Positions 52,695 through 62,468 of a DNA stretch of 64,000 bases are shown here, piece after piece. The position numbers and the translations under genes were made by a program. Each line of letters starts with the position of its first letter. Within the stretch, counting starts at the first letter, position 1. Source of the DNA: Eledone cirrhosa (lineage: Eukaryota); the NCBI GenBank assembly GCA_964016885.1, contig OZ024760.1:21328001-21392000 (forward strand), written 5' to 3'. The notes below the pieces were generated by a model. That model was not told the DNA's origin. It was given only the letters and a program-made list of their open reading frames with translations, and did not search any database.

Positions 52695-55479
52695 ATATGC
52701 AACCCAAGGGCCTGTTGGATGGAATTGGCCAAAACAACCTTTGGTTAATTTAAATAACAAATTTAAATTTTAATATTTTTCATGTGTTTATTAATTTTAT
52801 TTTGTCCCTAATTCTTCTTTATCCAGTAAAGTAATTTTTAACTGCATTATCAATTTTTAATAATTTTTAACATTGTTATCATTATTGTTCTTTGTTATTA
52901 TTATGGTTGGTTAGCAGAAACATTAGAGCATCAGACAAAATACTTTGTGATAGATAGTTATAGCTCTCTGTGTGTTCTGAGTTCAAATCTCGCTGAAGTC
53001 AACTTAACCTTTCATCCTTCTGGGGTATTGATAGAAGAATAAAGTGCTCATCAAGTACGGGTGGTGGTGTTCTACAACCATCATATCTTCCCCCTGCTAA
53101 ACCCACATATATGTGAGCTGTAATAACATGATAGGACTGAGGCCTTTATCATTGAAACACCCAAGAAACTTGCTATGAGATATAGCCTAATAGGGGGCCA
53201 GTGAAACCAACATTAGTGTGAGCTGTAAAAGTATTTTTATCAATGCTGAAAGGATGAAAACCAAAGCTGACACCACAGTAAGATTTTAATTCAGAGATGG
53301 CTTAGTGGTTAGAACATTGGCCTTGCAATCGAAAGGTTGTGAGTTCAATTCTCAGACTGGGTGATGTGTTGTTTCCTTGAGCAAGACACTTTATTTCACA
53401 TTGCTCCAGTTTACTCAGCTGTAGAAATGAGATAAGGAGTGGGGTCCCTATCATTCCACTGCAAAGTGGACGTGTAGGTGCCACGGACAAAAAAGCACCC
53501 AGCGCTCACTGTAAATGAGGTTAGTGTTAGGAAGGGCATCCAGCTGTAGAAATCAAGCCAGAATCAGTTCCCGTCCCACCCTTGCAAGCAGGGAAAAAGC
53601 GGACGTAAAATGGAATGATGATTGTAGAGAACTGCTACAAATACCATCTTGAAGTATTTAACCTGCTGCCTTAACAACTCTGCTAACACACCACCCTCAC
53701 ATAATACTATGTTAATCTGTTTTAAGTACTAAGCTTCTTTTTTTTCCAGACTTACTCCTACTCTCGTCGTCATCTTGTACGTATAACTGTATTGAATCTC
53801 AGAATGTCTTGCAAACCTTTTTACACTTGTTGATCCCAATACACTCAGGAATTTAAAAACTTTCAGTTATTCACTTTTATTGTAAGGATCTCTTGACCTC
53901 TCTCCTATCCCCACTCTTTCTCTCTCTCTCCTACATCCACACCCTCTCTGTCTGTCTCTCCTATATCCTTACCTTCTCCCCCCCCCCCTCGGTCTGTAGA
54001 TATATCACCATCACTGTTTAATGTCTATTTTCCATGCTTATGGTTTCCATGGTTAAACAGATTGTGTTGTGCATACTCTGAGGTTAGACAAGTCAGGTGA
54101 CTACATCTGGCTTCATGTTCTACCTAACAACAACCACTTTATAGTGTGTGTGTGTATGGAAGCACATGGCTTAGTGGTTAGAGCCTTGCAATCGAAAGGT
54201 TGTGAGTTCAATTCTCAGACCGGGTGATGTGTTGTTTCCTTGAGCAAGACACTTTATTTCACATTGCTCCAGTTAACTCAGCTATAGAAATGAGATGATA
54301 GGGACTGGGGTCTATATCATTCCACTGCAAAGTGGTCGTGCAGGTGCCACGGTAAAAAAGCACCCAGCACTCACTGTAAATGAGGTTGGTGTTAGGAAGG
54401 GCATCCAGCTGCAGAAATCAAGCCAGAATCAGTTCCCGTCCCACCCTTGCAAGCAGGGAAAAGCGGACGTAAAATGATGATGGTGATGATATAAGTAAGT
54501 TTTATATGTGGCCGATGCTCAGGTGCAGTGAGTAGCAAGTGCCCAGTGGATACTAGTTCCTTCAATTGCCCAGATGGTTCTATAGAAATAGTAGACTTTC
54601 CGTTACCTGGGTGACAAAATCAGCAGTGGAGGAGGGTGTTCTAAAAGTACAGTAGCCAGAGTTAGAATGGGATGGAAAAAATTCAGAGAGCTAATACCGC
54701 TGTTGTCCACAAAAGGTTTCTCTCTAAAAATGAAAGGTAGGTTGTACGATGCTTATATACAAACAGCATTGTTGCATGGTAGTGAGACATGACCGCTGTT
54801 TGCAGAAGACTTGTGCAGATTGGAAAGAAATGAAAGCATGCTGGATATGTAACAGTAATATACACAAACGGCAAAATGTAAATGAACTGAGAAATTATGC
54901 ATAAGAAGGAAAGGATCAGATGCAGTATACTAGAGAGGAGATTGGGTTGGTATGGTCATGTGATGCTTATGAAGGATGACAGCTGCATAAAAAGGTGCGG
55001 GGCGATCAAAATTAATGGTAGCTATGGAGTGGGAAGACCCAGAAAGTCATGGAATGAGGTGACTTTGCACATTTGCACCTCTCAAAGACAATGATACAGG
55101 ATCGAGATCTTTGGTGCTATGCAGTAATACAGAAGATCCGCCTGCCCTTGCATTGACTCAAACATACTCAGTAGGCACTTCTTAATCCAATAGACACACC
55201 CCACACCCCTACACCACCCTCACACTTCTGCCCACACCACCCTTACTCTGTAAAGTTATGTGGTTATCACAAAAACATCCAGCCCACACTGTAAAGTGGT
55301 CGTGTAGGAGACACGGCAAAACGCACCCAGCACACACTGTAAATGTGGTTGGCGTTAGGAAGGGCATTTAGCCTGAAACAGTCTTATATGAGCGAGACAT
55401 GGTCGCTCGACCCAACTTGCCTCTAATGGGACTAACCCATGATAGCGTGGAAAATAGATGTTAAACGATGATGATGATT

Positions 55480-55510
<31 letters not shown>

Positions 55511-55882
55511 AGTGAGTGTGAGAAATGGGTTGAAGGGTGGGGGACAATGGAAGAGATGATGATGGTACAGCTACGTACATCTCTCTCCTATCCACATCAT
55601 GCATCCCACCTATCTATCTTTTTTAAGCCATAGGTGGCGTTATTAACCAACATTACCCCCTCAGTCCCAACCCAATCTGATTAACTGACAGTTTTTAATA
55701 TTCTCTGATGGTGTTGAATCCAAACCTCAGCTATTGCAGCTTTTATATCAGTTTCTTATAAACATGTTCTATTATTTCTGTTGTCAGCTGCGCCGCTTGC
55801 TTTGGTTAACATGTAGTGCAATACTTTCTGGAGTTTAAACACAAACAATATCTTGTCTTATTTCTGTTTATATTGTCTTATT

Positions 55883-55931
<49 letters not shown>

Positions 55932-58900
55932 TAGATATATTATAAATATATATTTATATATATATAGTATAGATATATTATAAATATATATTTATATATA
56001 TATATATTTATATATGTATATATATTTATATATGTATATATATTTATATTTATATATTTATATATATATATTTATATTTATATATATATATTTATATATA
56101 TATATATTTATATTTATAAATATATATATTGTGTAGGTGTCACGACAAAAAAAAACACACAGTCCACGCTGTAATGTGGCCGTGTAGGTAACACGGTAAA
56201 AACCTCCCAGTCCACACTGTAAACGTGGTTGGTGTTAGGAAGGGCATCCAGCCGTAGAAAACCTGCCAGACAGTCCTATACGAGCAAGACAACCAATCTT
56301 GTCTCAAGTGGGAAAACTCCCGTCCAAACCCTTGGAAGATGGACGTTAAACGATGATGATGATATATATATATATATATATATACAATGATATTGAATAA
56401 ATGGTGGAAACTATATTTAAAAAACCATATTTATTTTATTATATATATTTCAACGGTACCAAGACAACATTGGTACGCTTTCATCAGATAAAATACCAAG
56501 TTTGTTTTATAAATAGAGACATACCCATAAAAATCATACCCTATCGGTTGGAAATTCACTGGATAGTCATCATTTTATCTGATGAAAGCGTACTAATGTT
56601 GTCTTGGTACCCTTGAAATATATATAATAAAATAAATATGGTTTTTTAAATATAGTTTCCAATTTATTCAATATCATTGAATATTTACTCCAGTAAACTG
56701 TTGAGTGCTCTAAATCAGTTATAAACATTTATATTTGTCGGACTTCCAACAAATTAAATATCCCTTCTACTTATATATATATATATAATATCTATTTATA
56801 TAAAGTTGTAGTTCCTGTTTGTTTGTTCACAAACTCCTCCTATGGTTTTGGAGATAGACCCCCAAAACCATATATATTCTAAAACTACATTGCCCAGGAT
56901 ACTTGGATAAGTATATTTCATTTTAACCAAAGGGTTCACCGGGGGTTCAAACCCCTACTGAAAATGTTTTCCCTTCGGTTTATATGAAATTTAAACCATA
57001 GGTAAATGACAAGATATGCCTATTCACAAAAGTTTTGAATTGACATTTTGAAAAAAATTATTTACAAGAAACAAAATAAGATTTAATAATGTAATTTTGA
57101 TTTGATATATTACAAAAAATAATGTTTTCCAATTTTTCATGCATTACATTTTACATTGAGTAATATTGAAATGCAGAGTTTTTCTCCATAAATTATATCA
57201 CTGATTTAAAATCAATCATCATTTGCGTACAAAAGAAATGTGTGAAACGCGCACGAGTAATTCGGCTAGTATATAATATATATATAATATACTAGCCGAA
57301 TTATCCGCGCCTTATTGCGTTTTACACATTTTTTTGCAAGAAAATGATGGTTGATTTTAAATCAGTGATATAATTTATGGAGAAAAAATAAAGGGAAAAT
57401 GTTAAAAAAGTAGAGGCATTAACTAATAATTTTTGTAGTCATAATTCTAGTGATGTTTTGCCATAGATAAAATGTCTAAATTAGCCAAATTTTACTATAA
57501 AAGTGAGGTGTTTCTTTTTGTTGTATTACGTTTAATAGAAAAACCCCGTGATTTTAGAAGTTCCAATACTCAAGTTATGGGCTTCTAAAATGTTCACTAA
57601 TGGGGGTTTAACCCCATTAGGATGTCTTAATATTATTGAAATTTGCTGAAATTTTGTGAATAGGCATCATATCTTGTTGTTTACTTATGGTTTAAATTTC
57701 ATATAAATCGAAGGGAAAACATTTTCAGCGGGGGTTTGTGCCCCCAGGGAACCCTTTGATTAAAATGAAATATATAGTTTCAGAATATATATGGTTATGG
57801 GGGTCTATCTCCTAAACCATAGGAGGAGTTCGTGAACAAACAGACAGGAACTACAACTTTATATATATATATATACAAATATAATTTCAGCGAGATCGTA
57901 TTTCTCGCGGTGGCCAAAAACAAAGTGAAACACAATCCTCGAGATATGCGGCAAGCGCTCAATGGACTAAAAGAAGACCAGAGCAATTAACATACGTTAT
58001 AGAGGCCAGACAAAGTGAAAATGGTGGTCATGAAGCCATCAGCCACCGGAGCCAAAAAAACGAAGCAAGCTAAACAGGTTCACAAGACTCACTTGAAAGG
58101 ATAAATTAAGATTTACATCCTTTTAATTGAGTCTTGTGAACCATATTATCTTTAGTCTGTATTTGCTTCACCCTGGTGGTTTTTGTCCCTTGTGATTTGA
58201 ACACATATATTTGTGTTCGTTGCTCTTTATGATATTATTAGGCTTCCAAAATTTTTTCCTTGAGCTACTATGATTATAAGGGACTAATGTGAGTTTTTAA
58301 CCCTTTAGCATTCACATTACTCTATATATACTATTGTATTTTCATGGTAAAGGCCTTACCTCACATAATATCGAATCTATGAGATTTTGAAAATATTTAT
58401 TTTGAGAACAATACCTTAACATCAGTTTGAGCGACCAGTTACAGCCAGTTTCAACAGAAAAGGGTAGAGAATTCTGGCCAGTTTTGGGTTAACTCAATAT
58501 ATACTTTTGATAGATATATATATATAATTTATGTTCATACATGGAGCAAAGGCGATGCCTAAGGTTTCAAGGCCCAAATTTGACCAAAGCAAGGGGCATA
58601 AAAAAGGTGACCTTTCTTCAGGCACTAATACAAGTTTCTGGAGGTGTGGTCAAATTTGGGCCTTGAAACAACCTTGGGTAGCATCTTTGTTCCTTGTATG
58701 AATATAAATAAATAATATTTCTGCTCTCTTCCTGATTGAACAGTTTTCTTTTACCTTTTCGCATCTACAGATATTGCTACATACACACACACATAACTTT
58801 CGCCCAATATTGGCCTGGGCTATGTCTGACTTAATAGCACCACATGTATATTTCTAATGACCCCCACCAAGGTGAAAGCATAGTTTGTTTGCTAATTAAA

Positions 58901-61110
58901 TTTTGTATAAATATATTTGCTCTTTTTTATTTGTATACTTTTTTGTGTTGGGACCTCTTTGCATTTCAGTCCTCTTGAACATGTGTGTGTGTGTATGTGT
59001 GTACATATATATATATATATATATATTTATTTATTGCACTATGATGTGATTTTGGTATAATTGTTTTTCTAGCCATCTCAGATTTTCACTGAGAGAGCTC
59101 TCTGTTCTTCAGCCTATTTTGATTCCAAAATTGCATCAATATAGGTAGAGGAACTGGAATTTGTCTCCGAGAAAACCTGCAGCAGGTGGCTAGTGAAACA
59201 GCTGTACCTAAATGGCTCCAGAGTTAGTGTAATCAATATCCATATAACATAACTCTGGATGACAAATAAAACAAAACAAATTGATGTTTTACCCAGGATA
59301 TTTCAACATATGTTTCTGTTTGTTTTCGTTTTACATTTGAAAAGAGGGTAACGGCCATGAAATATGTTGAAATATCCTAGTTAAAACATTGCTTTTCATT
59401 TTATTTGTCATCGTTTGCCCTTTATATATTTCTCAGAAACGTACCAGTCATTTATTACATTATATATATATATACATACACACATATATATTGAGATTAT
59501 TTAAACATTATTTATGTTTGAGATACATTGGAACTATTTCAATCTGTTGATTAATTATTTATTTGTTTTGTCTGACAACTCTTCTAATCTATTGATCTGT
59601 TGGGTTCATAATATCAACAACATTAATAAAGACTATTTCAACAACCACGATACTATAAAACTCATTAGCTGACTGCTAATTAACATAGTCATTTAGAGTT
59701 TCACACTAAATGCTTTGCATCATTTATTCTAGTTCTCTACACTTCTTGCTCAACGGGGTCAGTCATCCTAAGCCAGCAATCCCAAAGCATCATAGTGCAT
59801 AGAGCCAACCAGGTCCACCAGTGCCCTCCATCATTGGCAGTCCCGTGCCAGCTCCTCTGGAGATCTTCCCTGATGATATCCAGCCATCTAGTGCCACAGG
59901 ACCTCTTCCAGCCTGCAGCTGCTGCATCGAACGAGAGTAAAGCACTGGTAGGATGATCTGTTGGGAAGCAGATCATTCTACCAGCACATGTGGCAGGAAG
60001 CTGTGGGCTATGAAAGGGTTAATGACATAGACTGCCTTCCATTAGAAATAAGGTAATGAAAGGGTTAAAGACAGTGTCTTTCTTTAGAAATATGGTAATG
60101 AAAGGGTTAATGACATAGACAGTGTCTTTCATTAGAAATATGGTAATGAAAGGGCTAATGACATAGACAGTGTCTTTCATTAGAAATATGGTAATGAAAG
60201 GGCTAATGACATAGACAGTGTCTTTCATTAGAAATATGGTAATGAAAGGTTTAATGAATTCCCTGCTTCAAGTTGACTTTGAAATGTTTCTGCTAGAAGC
60301 TGGCTTAAAATACCCGTTGACTTTAGGGTACCATCCCTCTTTGTCACCGATTTCTTGCTTGTGCACTTAAACTGCATGATATTTTGATTTCTTTCTATTT
60401 TTGAGATTTTGTTTAACATCCTGTACCACATAAAAACACATTAGCAAAACATTGTTGATAAGCTACAAGAAAACATCACTATGGCTGCACTCCTTAACTT
60501 TTAAAGTCTTTACTATAAACATTTCAATTAACACAACATTCTTGAAAAGTTAAGAAACAACTCTATGCTTGCATCAAATTCAAAATTAATGGTTTTACTT
60601 ACGTTTACTGCAAATTTTCACAATAACCTTTCCACTAATTAAAAAAAAAATACTATAAATCACATTAGCAAGATATTCTTGAACTAAGGCTGCATCACAT
60701 TAAAATCTAGTCTTTACTTTAGTTTACAACTTTTCATAACAATCTGTCCAATATTAAAGATACTACACACACACACAGTGTCTCAAAAAAATGTATACAT
60801 TGATTGAACAGGCATTTGAATTAACAAACTCATTTTTATATAATTTCTGCTAAATGGTTAGTAAGTAATAATAATAATGAAATATTGTGTACAGGATGTT
60901 AAGAGTTAATGACACTAATTGAAAAAGAAGTGGATATTTTTTCTCACAAATATTTCATTTTTGTATATCATTTCTTATATTTCATAATCAAGTTATTTTC
61001 CTTTAAATTTTCAATATTCCATTTAATTTTTCCATTTTCTCTTTTTTGTTTTTTTTACACTCATTTTCATCTTCATTCTACCATCAATAGCATTTTTGTG
61101 TGTGTGTGTG

Positions 61111-61150
<40 letters not shown>

Positions 61151-62422
61151 CACATATATTGTGTATATATAATAGAAAAAAAAAGAGCAAGTTTTGTTTA
61201 CATATGAGAAATATTTATTGCGTATCGACCTGTTACGCGCGTTTCACAGAGGATTGGCTCAAGGTAACCCATAGGGGTTATGGACCTGACTCCAGTATCA
61301 ATCTGCTCCTCAGACTGGTGATGTGTGACAAAAGATATATTTTTGTTGTGGTATGTGGGCTGAGAAGGTGTGTGTATATATAGGCATTGGCCCTATTTTT
61401 TTGTGTGTGGACATATGTGTATATTTTGGTGTAATTGGTGGAGCGGGTGTGTATTCACTGGTATTCATGTGCGTATTTACGTGAGCATGCAAGCAATTAA
61501 GGATTCGTTTGTGTGTGCATGTGTGCACCTGCACGCACGTTTTGGAATGTGTATTGGTCAGTGAAAGACCTGTTTTGGTGTAAACAGGAAGCAGGGTGTG
61601 TGTGTGTGTGTGCATGGGCGCATTTTGGAATGTGTATTGGTCAGTCAAAAGCTTGCTTTGGTGTAAACAGGAAGCAGGGGTTTGTGAGGTGTGCCACGCT
61701 TGGACAACCCGGCGCTAGTTTATCATGTTGGTAAAGACATTTCATGTTTTGTCAAAGAATTAAAATAAGGGATTGTGGACAATATTGATAGAAATAAATA
61801 ATTGTAGGGTGTAGAAAAGCAACATGAATACCAGTGAATACGCACCCGCATTGCCGCTCCACCAATTACACCAAAATATACACATACGTCCACACACAAA
61901 AAAATAGGGCCAATGCCTATATATATACCTTCTCAGTCCACATACCACACATCACCAGTCTGAGGAGCAGATCGATACTGGAGTCAGGTCCATAACCCCT
62001 ATTGGTCACTTTGAACCAATCCTCTGTGAAATGCACATAACAGGTCGATATGCAATAAATATTTTTCATATGTAAAGGAAACTTCGTCATTTTTTTTTTT
62101 TTTATTATATACAATCTGCCTGAGCATAGAATGCTTGATTTGGTACCAACACCAGTAATTTACCATACTACCTACACTATATATATATATACACAGACAC
62201 ACACACACACAAACACATACATAATACATAAAGGGTGTCTCAAAAAAATGTATACAAACTTTGATTGTACAAGCAATATTTATTGGAATGTTGTATAAGT
62301 GTATACATTTTTGGGGGATGTCCTGTGTATCTGTTTATATATATATATATATAATAATAAAGTATGAATTCCTACATGTAAAAAATACATATAGGGGAAA
62401 CAAGTATTATTGCTAGACCTTG

Positions 62423-62468
<46 letters not shown>

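Noticed and set aside
57891-58073. GC-richer open frame after an AG ([11 protein letters not shown]...)
   Set aside because: No pyrimidine tract and no lamin similarity; it abuts a Helitron-like end and is probably TE-derived.
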